Below the pieces are notes generated by a model. The model saw nothing but the letters and a program-made list of their open reading frames with translations. It ran no database searches and was not told the DNA's origin. 64,000 nucleotides of DNA from an uncultured Lachnospiraceae bacterium. Its GTDB lineage: Bacteria > Bacillota > Clostridia > Lachnospirales > Lachnospiraceae. Below, one piece after another: positions 9,468 through 19,158 of this stretch (position 1 is its first letter; the number at the start of each line of letters is the position of its first letter). Both the position numbers and the translations under genes were made by a program. The stretch spans positions 8,017 to 72,016 of the forward strand of contig CACYXH010000003.1 in assembly GCA_902778245.1 (NCBI GenBank), in the 5' to 3' direction.

Positions 9468-10277
9468 CTAATTCTGATCCAGTGCCTGAGCCCGATACCC
9501 CTCTGCTATAATGTCTAATTCCCTGCCAAAGCGTTCCAGCTGTTCCATATCATTCATCTCGTAGATACGGTAAAATTCATCCTGGATTTTCGCGATCTCC
9601 CGCTTATTTGCCAGATGATATAAATTTTGAATATTGTTCAAAATATCGGAAATCATATTGGACTGGATCTGCATCATATTCTGAGCATCCATAATCTCAC
9701 CACGCACTGCGGACATCTCGCTGTCCAGTACCACAATGGCCTCTGCCGCCTTCAGCATTTTTTTCTTAATATGTTCAGGAATATTTTTCTGGTATTTATA
9801 CTGCATGGAATGTTCAATGGTGGACCAGAAATTCATCCCCAGGGTTCGTATCTGAATCTCCACATTAATCATTTTTGAACCGAAAAGCGTCTCCACCTCA
9901 TAGCCCACGATCATGTGGTAACTGCGATACCCGCTTTCTTTTACATGGTTCACATAATCCCTCTCATCCCGTATTTGCATGTCAGAGCGCTTGCGGATCA
10001 TCTCCACCACCAGTTGAATGTCCTCCACAAATTGGCAGATAATACGGATACCGGCGATATCGTACATCTCCTCCTCTACATTTTCCAGAGGGATCCCTTT
10101 CCTCTGTGCCTTTTCCAGAATACTGGAAATGGATTTCACCCGGCCCGTTACTTGTTCAATAGGCGAATACATGCCATGGTTCTTATATTCTTTCATCAGA
10201 TGTTCAAATTTTACTATCAGTTCTTTTACTGCCAGGTCATAGGGAGTAAGTACCTCTTTCCATAATTGTATCTCCAT
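9468..10277 (-). CDS. Small alarmone synthetase (RelQ/YjbM-like GTP pyrophosphokinase)
   Basis: Start at MEIQLWKE (GAGAGGTG RBS). DIAGIRIICQF...ESGYRSYHMIV...EIQIRTLGMNFWSTIEH is collinear with B. subtilis RelQ. It carries a C-terminal extension of about 60 aa. Confidence 0.8.
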   Translation of the reverse strand: MEIQLWKEVLTPYDLAVKELIVKFEHLMKEYKNHGMYSPIEQVTGRVKSISSILEKAQRKGIPLENVEEEMYDIAGIRIICQFVEDIQLVVEMIRKRSDMQIRDERDYVNHVKESGYRSYHMIVGYEVETLFGSKMINVEIQIRTLGMNFWSTIEHSMQYKYQKNIPEHIKKKMLKAAEAIVVLDSEMSAVRGEIMDAQNMMQIQSNMISDILNNIQNLYHLANKREIAKIQDEFYRIYEMNDMEQLERFGRELDIIAEGYRAQALDQN

Positions 10278-10393
10278 AAAACACCTCTCAAACGCTGCCA
10301 ATCCGTTCATACTCTACAGTATAACACATCAACCCGCACGCAGCCACATATATATTTACAAATAAGCTATGCTCATAAAAAAGGAAATTTCCC

Positions 10394-11317
10394 TTGAAAC
10401 GTTACCTGATCACCTCAAGTCTTTTTCTGTTATTATGCTTTCTTCTTCTGGCTCCCAAGACAGCCGCAGCGGCGGCCCGGGATGGCCTGACCCTGTGGTA
10501 TCAGAATCTGGTACCGGTGCTTTTCCCATTTATGATTCTGTCCAACCTCATGATCAGACTGGACTGTATCTCTATTTTATTAAAATTTCTTCATCCTCTC
10601 CTGCATTTCGTATGGGGAACCTCTGTCTATGGAAGCTATGCCATCCTTGCCGGTTTTCTCTTCGGATATCCCATGGGAGCGAAAGTGATCGGCGATCTGT
10701 GCCAGAAGGAACTGATCACGCCTGAAGAGGCAGAATACCTGATCGGATTTGTCAACAATTTAAGTCCGGCGTTCCTCATTACCTATCTAGTCGGACAAAA
10801 CCTGAAAAAACCATTGCTGCTCCATCCGACTCTCTGTATTCTTTACGGTGCGCCTCTGATCTCCAGCATAGCATTTCTGCCTAAATACCGCAAAAAGATA
10901 CGTGCGTCGTCAGTAAACAGAAAGAAGGCATCCAGGGTTCCTCTGCAGCCGGAACTCATAGATGCCTGCATTTTTGATGGAATTATTAATATCACACGGC
11001 TCGGAGGCTACATCATGCTATTCACCTTGATTACAGGCGCATTGAGTCTGTTGCCTTTCAAGCACGCCCTGGTACAATGTTTGATAACCGGCTGCATTGA
11101 AATCACTGTCGGGATCCAAACTATATGTGAATCAACACTTCCATTTCTTACCAAATACCTATGTCTTATGATGCTGTGCAGCTTCGGAGGAATCTGCGCC
11201 TTGCTGCAGACTCTGTCCGTTTACAAAATGAGCCGTCAAACCCTGTTTCATTATATAAAAGCAAAAACCCTCACCATGGGAATCGCAGCTTTTATGACCC
11301 TGCTTTTATTCCTCTGA
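10394..11317 (+). CDS. ylbJ: YlbJ-like sporulation integral membrane protein (nucleoside-recognition/Gate-type)
   Basis: 307 aa with a TTG start and multiple TM segments. GLTLWYQNLVPVLFPFMILSNL resembles the YlbJ N-terminus. Its position next to coaD/rsmD matches the Bacillus ylbH-ylbI-ylbJ order. Confidence 0.6.
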   Translation: MKRYLITSSLFLLLCFLLLAPKTAAAAARDGLTLWYQNLVPVLFPFMILSNLMIRLDCISILLKFLHPLLHFVWGTSVYGSYAILAGFLFGYPMGAKVIGDLCQKELITPEEAEYLIGFVNNLSPAFLITYLVGQNLKKPLLLHPTLCILYGAPLISSIAFLPKYRKKIRASSVNRKKASRVPLQPELIDACIFDGIINITRLGGYIMLFTLITGALSLLPFKHALVQCLITGCIEITVGIQTICESTLPFLTKYLCLMMLCSFGGICALLQTLSVYKMSRQTLFHYIKAKTLTMGIAAFMTLLLFL

Positions 11318-11914
11318 GTTATCTTCCCTGGCCGCTGCCTCCAAATCCTCAGCCAGCGAATAGTTGGACGGAGCCACCTGCGGAGATAGCTCTTGACGGT
11401 TCTTGCTGACAATATCATAGCAGGACTGAATAGAATTGATAAAATTATTGTATTTGGTGCCGGCGGTATCAATGGTATGGCTCATCACCTTTTCCAGATT
11501 CTCCAGCATTTCATCTGTGTAAGATATTGCACTCTGACGGATGTTGTTGGCATCATTGGTAGCATTGTCAATGATATCCTGTGCCTGTGCATTGGTCTGC
11601 TCCAGTAATTCATTCGACTGTTCCAGCGCTTTCTGCATGACTTCACTCTCGCTGACGATTTTATCCGCCTTTGCCTGTGCTTCGGAAATGATGGCGTCTG
11701 CTTTATTCTGAGCGTCTTCCAGAATCGCATCTTTGTTGCTGATGATCTTCTGGTATCTCTTAATCTCATCCGGCGTCTTCATTCGAAGCTCTCTCAAAAG
11801 CTCTTCCAATTCTTCCTTGTTCACCACAATTTTCGTGGAAGACAACGGCTGAAATTTACAACTGTCCACATACTCCTCAATTTCCTCGATAATCTGTTCA
11901 ATTCTGCTGCTCAT
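11306..11914 (-). CDS. Hypothetical coiled-coil protein (V-ATPase subunit-H/ATP synthase b-like low-complexity helix)
   Basis: 202 aa, rich in Glu/Ala/Lys heptads (AQNKADAIISEAQAKADKIVSE). Its 3' end overlaps ylbJ convergently by 12 nt. Confidence 0.5.
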   Translation of the reverse strand: MSSRIEQIIEEIEEYVDSCKFQPLSSTKIVVNKEELEELLRELRMKTPDEIKRYQKIISNKDAILEDAQNKADAIISEAQAKADKIVSESEVMQKALEQSNELLEQTNAQAQDIIDNATNDANNIRQSAISYTDEMLENLEKVMSHTIDTAGTKYNNFINSIQSCYDIVSKNRQELSPQVAPSNYSLAEDLEAAAREDNSEE

Positions 11915-11933
11915 GATTTTTTCTCCTTACTAA

Positions 11934-12434
11934 CTAGTTTACTCCTTCGTTACTTTTTTCTGCTGCGCGTTTACAGATTCGATCCACAACCGCCTCCGGA
12001 ACAAAATGCGTAATATCGCCGCCGTAGAAAGCCACCTCTTTAACGGTGGTGGAACTGATATATGCGTATTTCAGATTTGTCGTCAAGAACAATGTGTCGA
12101 TATCAGAATCCATACTGTGATTCGTGTGTGCCATCTGAAGTTCATATTCAAAGTCCGTGATGGCTCTCAATCCTCTGACAAGAAATCTTGCATCGCACTT
12201 TTTAGCGAATTCTACTGAGAGACCGGAAAAAGTTTCTACCCTGACATTATTGATATCTTTCGTCACATCTCGTAACATAGTAACACGTTCTTCCACAGAA
12301 AACAATGGTGTTTTTGCATGATTATTCAAAACTCCGACAATCAGCTCGTCCACCAGGCAGGCAGAACGTTCAATAATATCGAGATGCCCCAATGTGACCG
12401 GATCAAAACTACCCGGATACACGGCTCTTTTCAT
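11934..12434 (-). CDS. coaD: Phosphopantetheine adenylyltransferase
   Basis: 166 aa. The [19 protein letters not shown] motif is present and the protein is collinear with CoaD. Confidence 0.9.
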   Translation of the reverse strand: MKRAVYPGSFDPVTLGHLDIIERSACLVDELIVGVLNNHAKTPLFSVEERVTMLRDVTKDINNVRVETFSGLSVEFAKKCDARFLVRGLRAITDFEYELQMAHTNHSMDSDIDTLFLTTNLKYAYISSTTVKEVAFYGGDITHFVPEAVVDRICKRAAEKSNEGVN

Positions 12435-13003
12435 CTTTGGATTTCCTCCTTTGGTATCCTCCTTAAGAACATATGCACATTTGTTTTGTACTCTTTTCGT
12501 CTGATCACTTCATATCCCAGATCTTCAAGATAAGAAAAATCTGTTTCCAGAGATGCTTCTACAATGATCAAAGTATCCCTATCCACTATGCAACTTACTG
12601 CCAATGTTTCCAGCACTCGTTTCTCCCACAGATGATCGTAGGGAGGATCCATAAATATGATAGAAAAAGGCGCTTCCGCCTCCAGTCTTGTCAATGCGTA
12701 AAACACATCCCCCGAGATCACTCTGCCATGCTTCTCCAGTTTAGTGAAGCTCAGATTTGCTTTAATACATTCCACAGCCTGACGATTATTCTCCACAAAC
12801 ACGGCTTCAGCCGCGCCCCGGCTCAATGCCTCGATGCCAATGGCTCCGCTGCCGGAAAACAGATCAAGAAAACGGCTCCCATAAACATAATCCTGCATCA
12901 TATTAAACAGAGTCTCTTTAATACGATCCGTAGTCGGACGTGTACTCAAGCCCGGAATCGTTTTCAGCGGCATACGCTTCGCCTTTCCTGCAATGACTCT
13001 CAT
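12431..13003 (-). CDS. rsmD: 16S rRNA (guanine966-N2)-methyltransferase RsmD
   Basis: Start at [10 protein letters not shown]. Motifs are [33 protein letters not shown] and the DPPY motif. A 4-nt overlap links it to coaD. Confidence 0.85.
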   Translation of the reverse strand: MRVIAGKAKRMPLKTIPGLSTRPTTDRIKETLFNMMQDYVYGSRFLDLFSGSGAIGIEALSRGAAEAVFVENNRQAVECIKANLSFTKLEKHGRVISGDVFYALTRLEAEAPFSIIFMDPPYDHLWEKRVLETLAVSCIVDRDTLIIVEASLETDFSYLEDLGYEVIRRKEYKTNVHMFLRRIPKEEIQR

Positions 13004-13098
13004 AATCGGTTCCTTTTCTATCAAGATTCCGTTATATTATAGTTGTTTCCTTGTGCACATGTCAATTATTTTCTAACACATATTTTAAAGTTTTGCGC

Positions 13099-13136
13099 AA
13101 AAAAACTGCAGTCAATCTAATATGGTTTGACTGCAG
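13099..13136 (-). terminator. Rho-independent terminator after the MGS-like gene
   Basis: On the minus strand CTGCAGTCAA-loop-TTGACTGCAG is followed by TTTTTTT. Confidence 0.6.
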
Positions 13137-13170
13137 CGCATATCACGTCTTTGTATAGAAATCACTTGTC

Positions 13171-13575
13171 TTAGTAGATCGGTCTCATGTTATCACGCCA
13201 GTCAAAATCCCCATTGGTCAGACCAAGCACCATGGATTCTGCCGTGGCAATGTTCGTGGCAATGGGAATATTGTAACGGTCACAGGTCCGTGTGATCGCA
13301 AATATATCAGCCTCATTCGGGCTGTTCTGAAGCGGATTGTAAAACATAATCACCAAATCCATGTAATCCCGTTCAATCATGTCAATAAACTGTTTTTCCC
13401 CGCCCACGCTGCCTGACAGAAACTTATGTACTTTCAGGTTCGTGGTCTCCTCAATACGGCGTCCCGTCATCTCCGTAGCATACAGTTCGTGTTTTGCTAA
13501 GATATATTTATAAGCCAGACAGAAATTTTCAATCAGGCTCTTTCTGCTGTTGTGGGCAATGAAACCGATATTCAT
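13171..13575 (-). CDS. Methylglyoxal synthase-like (MGS domain) protein, divergent at catalytic positions
   Basis: Start at MNIGFIAH. It is collinear with MgsA (LYAT..TG, LSGSVGG, IPIATN). However GGDQQ has become GGEKQ and PHDPDV has become PNEADI. Confidence 0.7.
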   Translation of the reverse strand: MNIGFIAHNSRKSLIENFCLAYKYILAKHELYATEMTGRRIEETTNLKVHKFLSGSVGGEKQFIDMIERDYMDLVIMFYNPLQNSPNEADIFAITRTCDRYNIPIATNIATAESMVLGLTNGDFDWRDNMRPIY

Positions 13576-13691
13576 TATAATAACAACTCCTATCAAATGC
13601 CATATTCAAGCAATTTTTATTTTATCAAAATAAAGCATAAAACGCAATCATTTTTTTGAGATAATTTAGTAAAATCACACAAAAACTTCCA

Positions 13692-13720
13692 GTTTATTAT
13701 CTCAATGAATGCACATAATA
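13692..13720 (+). promoter_or_regulatory. Possible forespore (sigma-G/F-type) promoter for the SASP gene
   Basis: GTTTA-17 nt-CATAATA lies 53 nt upstream of the ATG. The match to the GHATR-17/18-CATxxTA consensus is partial. Confidence 0.3.
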
Positions 13721-13772
13721 GAACTGCAATCAAAAATTGCAAATCAACCACAAAAGAAGGAGGCGTTCAATT

Positions 13773-13994
13773 ATGGCAAATCGTTCATCCAACACAACCG
13801 CAGTTCCGGAAGCAAAGGGAGCAATGGATCGCTTTAAATTCGAAGTAGCTAATGAGCTGGGTGTACCGCTTACGAATGGTTACAATGGTAATCTGACTTC
13901 TAAACAGAATGGTTCTGTAGGCGGATATATGGTGAAAAAGATGATTGAAGCTCAGGAAAGACAGATGTCCGGTGATACCACCAGCAGAATGTAA
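13773..13994 (+). CDS. Alpha/beta-type small acid-soluble spore protein
   Basis: Start at MANRSSN with an AAGGAGG RBS. KFEVANELGVPL...GNLTSKQNGSVGGYMVKKMIE is the SASP signature. Confidence 0.85.
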   Translation: MANRSSNTTAVPEAKGAMDRFKFEVANELGVPLTNGYNGNLTSKQNGSVGGYMVKKMIEAQERQMSGDTTSRM

Positions 13995-14027
13995 GAGCTG
14001 AGACCCGCAGAAACGAACGTGTAAAAT

Positions 14028-14067
14028 GAAAACAGCTATGGGGCTAAAATAGCTTCATAGCTGTTTT
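14028..14067. terminator. Bidirectional terminator hairpin between the convergent SASP and Lys/Ala-rich genes
   Basis: GAAAACAGCTATG-loop-CATAGCTGTTTTC has A/T runs on both sides. Confidence 0.6.
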
Positions 14068-14078
14068 CCATTTCAATC

Positions 14079-14513
14079 TTACAGTTCAATCTTGCCGGTC
14101 ACATCACCGTTTACTACATAGTATGCGGCATTCTCTTCCGGTTTCAGGTACAGAGTAACATCTTTCAGATCTGCAGCGTTGTTCTTCAGCTCATTCGTCC
14201 AGATATCCTTTACCTGTTTCACCAGTTCATCTTTATCAATCTCTTTTCCAAGATACTGCAGATAAACAGTTTCTTTTACAGCCGCCTTCTTAGCCGGTGC
14301 TTTCTTAGCTGCTGCTTTTGCTGCAGGCTTAGCTGCCGCCTCTTCTGTCTTCTCTACTACTTTCGCTACTACCTTTTCGGTCTTATCAGCAACCTTAGCA
14401 GCCGCTTTCTCTGCGCTCTTTACTGCTGCTGCAACACCCTCAGTAGCTTTCTTGGCGGTAGCGGTCTTCTTCGTTGTATCAGATACTGTTTTTCCTTTCA
14501 CTTCATTTTTCAT
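14079..14513 (-). CDS. Hypothetical protein with a histone-H1-like Lys/Ala-rich N-terminal half and a small globular C-terminal domain
   Basis: Start at MKNEVKGK with an AGGAGG RBS. AAKPAAKAAAKKAPAKKAA is low complexity. The C-terminal part is YLQYLGKEIDKDELVKQVKDIW...YYVVNGDVTGKIEL. Confidence 0.55.
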   Translation of the reverse strand: MKNEVKGKTVSDTTKKTATAKKATEGVAAAVKSAEKAAAKVADKTEKVVAKVVEKTEEAAAKPAAKAAAKKAPAKKAAVKETVYLQYLGKEIDKDELVKQVKDIWTNELKNNAADLKDVTLYLKPEENAAYYVVNGDVTGKIEL

Positions 14514-14558
14514 AATATTCCTCCTACTATTTTGAAAAACAACTCTATTACAAAATGC

Positions 14559-14587
14559 ATAATACTCCAAAAAACCAAATATTGCAA
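14559..14587 (-). promoter_or_regulatory. Sigma-A-type promoter TTGCAA-17-TATTAT upstream of the Lys/Ala-rich protein gene
   Basis: Read directly on the minus strand, 46 nt upstream of the ATG at 14513. Confidence 0.4.
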
Positions 14588-14589
14588 CA

Positions 14590-14616
14590 GAAAAAACAAA
14601 ATATACTGTATTTTGT
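14590..14616 (-). terminator. Weak AT-rich terminator hairpin just after recG
   Basis: ACAAAATA-5 nt-TATTTTGT is followed by TTTTTT on the minus strand. Confidence 0.35.
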
Positions 14617-14617
14617 G

Positions 14618-16699
14618 CTAAATGTTCAGATTCTCCAGTTCATTTTTCGTATAACCTATCAGTTTTTTCCGTAAATCCAGATGTTTTTCCAGGCTAAGTT
14701 CGGTATCTTGTTCCAAAATCTCCCCTACAGCTTCATTGGCAGACTGCATAATTGACGCATCAGCAAAGACATCCCCAATTTGAAAATCCAAAAGCCCGCT
14801 CTGTCTTATGCCAAAAAAATCTCCCGGCCCCCTTAGCTGCAAGTCCTTTGCGGCAATCTCAAATCCATCATTTGATCTGTTTAATATTTCCAGCCGCTCT
14901 GCCACCGCCTGGTTGTCCGCACCATGCACCATAATACAGTAAGATTGATGATCGCCTCTGCCTACTCGTCCCCGCAGCTGATGAAGCTGCGCCAGACCAA
15001 ATCGCTCAGCATTTTCAATCATTATCACAGTAGCATTTGGAACATCAACTCCCACTTCTATCACAGTAGTAGATACAAGGATCTGTATCTCCTGTTTTAA
15101 AAAGCGCTCCATAATCTCATTTTTTTCCCTGGCTTTCATTTTTCCGTGCAAGTACTCCACACAGATCGTTTCCGGCATTTGACGCTGCAGCCTTTCTGTA
15201 TAATCCACCACGTTCTCCGCGTCAATGGTTTCGCTTTGTTCCACCATAGGGCATATCACATAGGCTTGCCGGCCTTTCTCCACTTCCCGTTGAATAAACG
15301 CGTATGCCTTTGGCCGATAAGAAGTGTTCACCACACAGTTTTTGATCGGAAGGCGGGCAGCTGGCAGTTCATCAATAACAGAAACATCCAGATCCCCATA
15401 AAGGATTACCGCAAGAGTTCTGGGTATGGGAGTGGCGCTCATCACTATGGTGTGCGGCAATTCCCCTTTAAAACCCAAAGCTTCACGCTGTTTCACCCCA
15501 AACCGGTGCTGTTCGTCTGTGATGACCAACACCAGTCTTTGGTAGACTACCTTTTCCTGTATCAACGCGTGAGTTCCGATCACAACGGATGCTTCCCCGC
15601 TCTCGATCTGCTGGTATGCCTCTTTCTTTTCTTTTGCCGTTAGAGAGCCCGTTAACAGAACCGCCTTATAAGTAAGTCCCTGCTGTGCCATGAGCTTTTT
15701 AAACGCTTCATAGTGCTGTCTTGCCAAAACCTCTGTGGGCACCATCAATGCTCCTTGGGCGCTATTTTCCGCTGCCATAATCAATGCCAGGAACGCAAGG
15801 ATCGTTTTTCCTGATCCCACATCCCCCTGTATCAGCCTTGCCATCACCTGCTGCTTTGTCATATCTTCTTCTATCTGTCTCCAGACTTTTTTTTGAGCAT
15901 TGGTCAGCTCATAAGGCAAACCACCCAACAGTTTCTGTGTATCTGAGCCTTTCTTTAACTGATAGCTGTGGATTATCTCTTCTCTGGCCTCCTTCAATCT
16001 GCGAAGCGCAAGTATAAATAGAAAAAACTCATCAAATACCAGGCGTTTTCGGGCCAGCAGCATCTCATGAAAATCTTTCGGAAAATGAATCTGATGGATA
16101 GCATAATTGTACTCTGCCAATTCATACTTTTTACGGATCTCCAGCGGAAGATAATCTTTGGAAAGATCCAGTTCCGCCAACGCCTGAGTCAGACATTTAT
16201 TCAGCATATTCATGGAAAGTCCCGATACCAGGGGGTACACAGGCTGCAATTGTTTCACTTTTTCCGCATACTGGAACAGATCATACACTGCCGGCTGTTC
16301 CAGAACCAGGATTTTCCCTTTTTTCTTTACCCGCCCCCGGAACACATAACGACTGCCTGGTTTGATGGTACTGCGCAGATATGGCATGTTGAACCAGGTC
16401 ACTGCTACCGTCTCCTGACCATCCCTTATTTTTCCTGTAATAATCTGAAATTTATTCAGGCGTCTCACCGACAGAGTTTTCTCTATAAAACCACAGACGG
16501 CCATCACCTGACCGTCTGTTAAATCTGCAATCCCTACCGGTTCCTGAAAAGAATCGTAGGTGCGGGGGTAATACCCGATCAAATCCTCCAAGGTATCAAT
16601 CCCCGCCCTGGAAAACACCTGCGCCGTCTTATCCCCGATCCCTTTCAACTCCGTCAAAGAAGATTCTAAATTCATATGATCCAACCTGATCCTACTCAA
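14618..16699 (-). CDS. recG: ATP-dependent DNA helicase RecG
   Basis: 693 aa with a wedge domain and the helicase motifs GDVGSGKT, DEQHRFG, SATPIPRT and HGKMK...QLHQLRGRVGRG. Confidence 0.9.
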   Translation of the reverse strand: MSRIRLDHMNLESSLTELKGIGDKTAQVFSRAGIDTLEDLIGYYPRTYDSFQEPVGIADLTDGQVMAVCGFIEKTLSVRRLNKFQIITGKIRDGQETVAVTWFNMPYLRSTIKPGSRYVFRGRVKKKGKILVLEQPAVYDLFQYAEKVKQLQPVYPLVSGLSMNMLNKCLTQALAELDLSKDYLPLEIRKKYELAEYNYAIHQIHFPKDFHEMLLARKRLVFDEFFLFILALRRLKEAREEIIHSYQLKKGSDTQKLLGGLPYELTNAQKKVWRQIEEDMTKQQVMARLIQGDVGSGKTILAFLALIMAAENSAQGALMVPTEVLARQHYEAFKKLMAQQGLTYKAVLLTGSLTAKEKKEAYQQIESGEASVVIGTHALIQEKVVYQRLVLVITDEQHRFGVKQREALGFKGELPHTIVMSATPIPRTLAVILYGDLDVSVIDELPAARLPIKNCVVNTSYRPKAYAFIQREVEKGRQAYVICPMVEQSETIDAENVVDYTERLQRQMPETICVEYLHGKMKAREKNEIMERFLKQEIQILVSTTVIEVGVDVPNATVIMIENAERFGLAQLHQLRGRVGRGDHQSYCIMVHGADNQAVAERLEILNRSNDGFEIAAKDLQLRGPGDFFGIRQSGLLDFQIGDVFADASIMQSANEAVGEILEQDTELSLEKHLDLRKKLIGYTKNELENLNI

Positions 16700-18368
16700 C
16701 TGAAATAATGTAATAATAAATCGGCTGTCCGCCCAGATTCACTTCAACATCCACATCCGGATACTTCTCGTTGAGTCGATCCGCCAGAGCCTGGGCATCT
16801 TTCTCATTTGTATCTTCACCGTAGTAGATACTGATAAGTTCCGCATCATCGTCCATCATCTCTGCTACGGTCTCCATAGCAGTATCCGCGATATCCTTTC
16901 CTACAGCCAGAATCCCCTTATCGCCTACGCCCATGATATCACCCTCATGGATTTCCTTATCATCGATGTGAGTGTCCCGGACTGCGTATGTCAACTGCCC
17001 GGTCTTCACATTTTTAATCTCCTCGGTCATCACCTCGGCATTTTCCTCAGCGCTCTTTTCCGGAACATAATTGATCAGTGCGGTTATCCCCTGCGGTACC
17101 GTCTTCGTAGGTACAACAATAATCTTTTTATCCTTGGTCAATGACTGAGCCTGGTTAGCTGCCAGAATAATATTTTTATTATTCGGGAAAATAAATATAG
17201 TATCCGCGTTGACGCGATCGATGGCATTCAGCATATCCTCTGTGCTGGGGTTCATCGTCTGTCCCCCCTCAATCAGATAATCCGCTCCCAGGTCGCGGAA
17301 AATGCTGCCCATACCTTCACCGATGGATACGGAGATAAAACCTACATCTTTCTTCGGAGTCTGCTGTGATTTTTCCTCCGCTTCTTTCTTTGCCGCCGCC
17401 ACACGATCCGCCTCTTTGATCAGCTTTTCCTGATGTTCTTCCCGCATGTTGTCAATCTTCATTTTTGTAAGAGAACCATAAATCAGAGCTCTCTGAATCG
17501 CCAAACCCGGATCATTCGTGTGTACATGTACCTTAACAATATCATCATCCGAAACCACTACGATAGAGTCACCGATGGACTCCAGGAACGCTTTGAACTT
17601 CAACTCCGTTTCGGAAGTATACTCCTTCTCCAGCATGATAATGAATTCTGTGCAGTAACCGAACTTAATATCCGCCTCTGCCTGGGCTCCCGGCTTTGTG
17701 ATCTCTGACTTCACTCCGGTAACTTCAATTTCGTAATCCACCTCTTTACCCAGGAAAGCATCAAATGCGCCTTTCAGTATCTGCACCAGACCTTGTCCGC
17801 CCGAATCCACCACACCTGCTTCTTTCAGCACAGGAAGCATTTCCGGTGTCTGATTCAGCACTTCTTCGGCGTGCTCGATGACGCCCGCAATAAAAGCTTC
17901 CATATCAATCTGGGGATTTTCTTCCAGAAGTTCGATGGCGCGATCCGCGCCGCCCCGGGCCACCGTCAGAATCGTTCCTTCCTTGGGCTTCATAACAGCT
18001 TTATATGCTGTCTCCACCGCTTTCTGAAACGCAGCGGCCAATACTTCCACGGTAATCTCTCTCTCATCCCGAATCCCTTTACAAAAACCTCTGAACAGCT
18101 GGGAGAGGATAACACCGGAATTTCCCCTGGCTCCCCGCAGTGAACCGGAAGAGATTGCCTTGGACAACTTCTCCATCGTGGGGTTCTCCAACGCTGTTAC
18201 CTCTTTCGCTGCCGACATGATGGTAAGCGTCATGTTCGTTCCCGTATCTCCATCCGGAACCGGAAATACATTCAGTTCATTGATCCATTCTTTTTTTGAC
18301 TCAAGATTCTTCGTCCCGGACAAAAACATTTTGGCACAAAGGCTCACATCTATTGTATTTACGCTCAC
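16692..18368 (-). CDS. yloV: DAK2 domain fusion protein YloV
   Basis: 558 aa. Motifs include FPVPDGDTGTNM and SLRGARGNSGVILSQ, plus a C-terminal DegV-like half. It sits in the conserved rpmB/asp23/yloV/recG context. Confidence 0.85.
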   Translation of the reverse strand: MSVNTIDVSLCAKMFLSGTKNLESKKEWINELNVFPVPDGDTGTNMTLTIMSAAKEVTALENPTMEKLSKAISSGSLRGARGNSGVILSQLFRGFCKGIRDEREITVEVLAAAFQKAVETAYKAVMKPKEGTILTVARGGADRAIELLEENPQIDMEAFIAGVIEHAEEVLNQTPEMLPVLKEAGVVDSGGQGLVQILKGAFDAFLGKEVDYEIEVTGVKSEITKPGAQAEADIKFGYCTEFIIMLEKEYTSETELKFKAFLESIGDSIVVVSDDDIVKVHVHTNDPGLAIQRALIYGSLTKMKIDNMREEHQEKLIKEADRVAAAKKEAEEKSQQTPKKDVGFISVSIGEGMGSIFRDLGADYLIEGGQTMNPSTEDMLNAIDRVNADTIFIFPNNKNIILAANQAQSLTKDKKIIVVPTKTVPQGITALINYVPEKSAEENAEVMTEEIKNVKTGQLTYAVRDTHIDDKEIHEGDIMGVGDKGILAVGKDIADTAMETVAEMMDDDAELISIYYGEDTNEKDAQALADRLNEKYPDVDVEVNLGGQPIYYYIISVE

Positions 18369-18381
18369 AGTGATTTCCTCC

Positions 18382-18738
18382 TTAATCGATGACTCTTACC
18401 CCTTCTACGAAAATGTTGATCTTTTCGACTTCCATTCCCGTGAAAGACTCAAGCTGATATTTCACATTATCCAGCAGATTATTCGCCACTGCCGAAATAC
18501 TCACGCCGTAAGAGACGATTACGTGAAAATCCAGAGTGATCTTATTATCCTCGACACGAACATTGATGCCCCGCTCCAGGTTCTCGCGCTTCAAGAGCCT
18601 CACGAGACCATCCTTCACATTCACGCTGGCCATACCGACAATACCAAAGCATTCCACTGCAACACTGCCGGCATAGGTAGCAATAACATTGGAATCGATA
18701 ACGATAGACCCAAGTGAATTATTCATACGTCCGTTCAT
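18382..18738 (-). CDS. Asp23/Gls24-family envelope stress protein (YloU-like)
   Basis: Start at MNGRMNN (GAGAGG RBS). The pattern is GSIVIDSNVIATYAGSVAVECFGIVGM...VEDNKITLDFHVIVSYGVSI. Confidence 0.8.
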   Translation of the reverse strand: MNGRMNNSLGSIVIDSNVIATYAGSVAVECFGIVGMASVNVKDGLVRLLKRENLERGINVRVEDNKITLDFHVIVSYGVSISAVANNLLDNVKYQLESFTGMEVEKINIFVEGVRVID

Positions 18739-18868
18739 ATCTATACCTCTCTCTCTAAAGTTACTGTCTACTGTCACACCTTACGGGGTAATTGTACCAG
18801 ATATGGTGGAAAAAGGGAATAATAATTTTCTTATTTAGTAAATTATTTCATTTTTTTTAAAATTTTGC

Positions 18869-18897
18869 TTGCAAAATAGGAGGGCATCTGATAGAAT
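18869..18897 (+). promoter_or_regulatory. Sigma-A-type promoter TTGCAA-17-TAGAAT for rpmB
   Basis: Read directly. It is preceded by an A/T-rich UP-like tract at 18841-18866. Confidence 0.5.
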
Positions 18898-18955
18898 GAA
18901 CCATGTTGCAGGTCTATTTTGTATTAGGCCTAATAAGTTGCGAGGAGGTGCTATC

Positions 18956-19141
18956 ATGGCTAGATGTGCTATTTGTGATAAAGGCGCTCATTTCGGTAAC
19001 AATGTGAGCCATTCTCATAGAAGAAGCAATAAAATGTGGAAATCTAACATTAAACATGTTACATGTAAAGTAAACGGAGCTTCGAAGAAATTGTACGTAT
19101 GTACTTCCTGCTTAAGATCAGGCAAAGTAGAAAGAGCTTAG
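18956..19141 (+). CDS. rpmB: 50S ribosomal protein L28
   Basis: MARCAICDKGAHFGNNVSHSHRRSNKMWKSNIK... with a GAGGAGG RBS. Confidence 0.9.
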   Translation: MARCAICDKGAHFGNNVSHSHRRSNKMWKSNIKHVTCKVNGASKKLYVCTSCLRSGKVERA

Positions 19142-19158
19142 TTTTATCTGACACAGTC

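Noticed and set aside
9468-10310. The RelA/SpoT-domain protein could be a toxic small alarmone synthetase (toxSAS) of a toxin-antitoxin pair.
   Set aside because: The sequence is collinear with housekeeping RelQ/YjbM of Bacillus throughout the synthetase domain. No small adjacent antitoxin-like ORF is present, since the neighbours are an rRNA methyltransferase gene and divergent ylbJ. The ~60-aa C-terminal extension is the only oddity.
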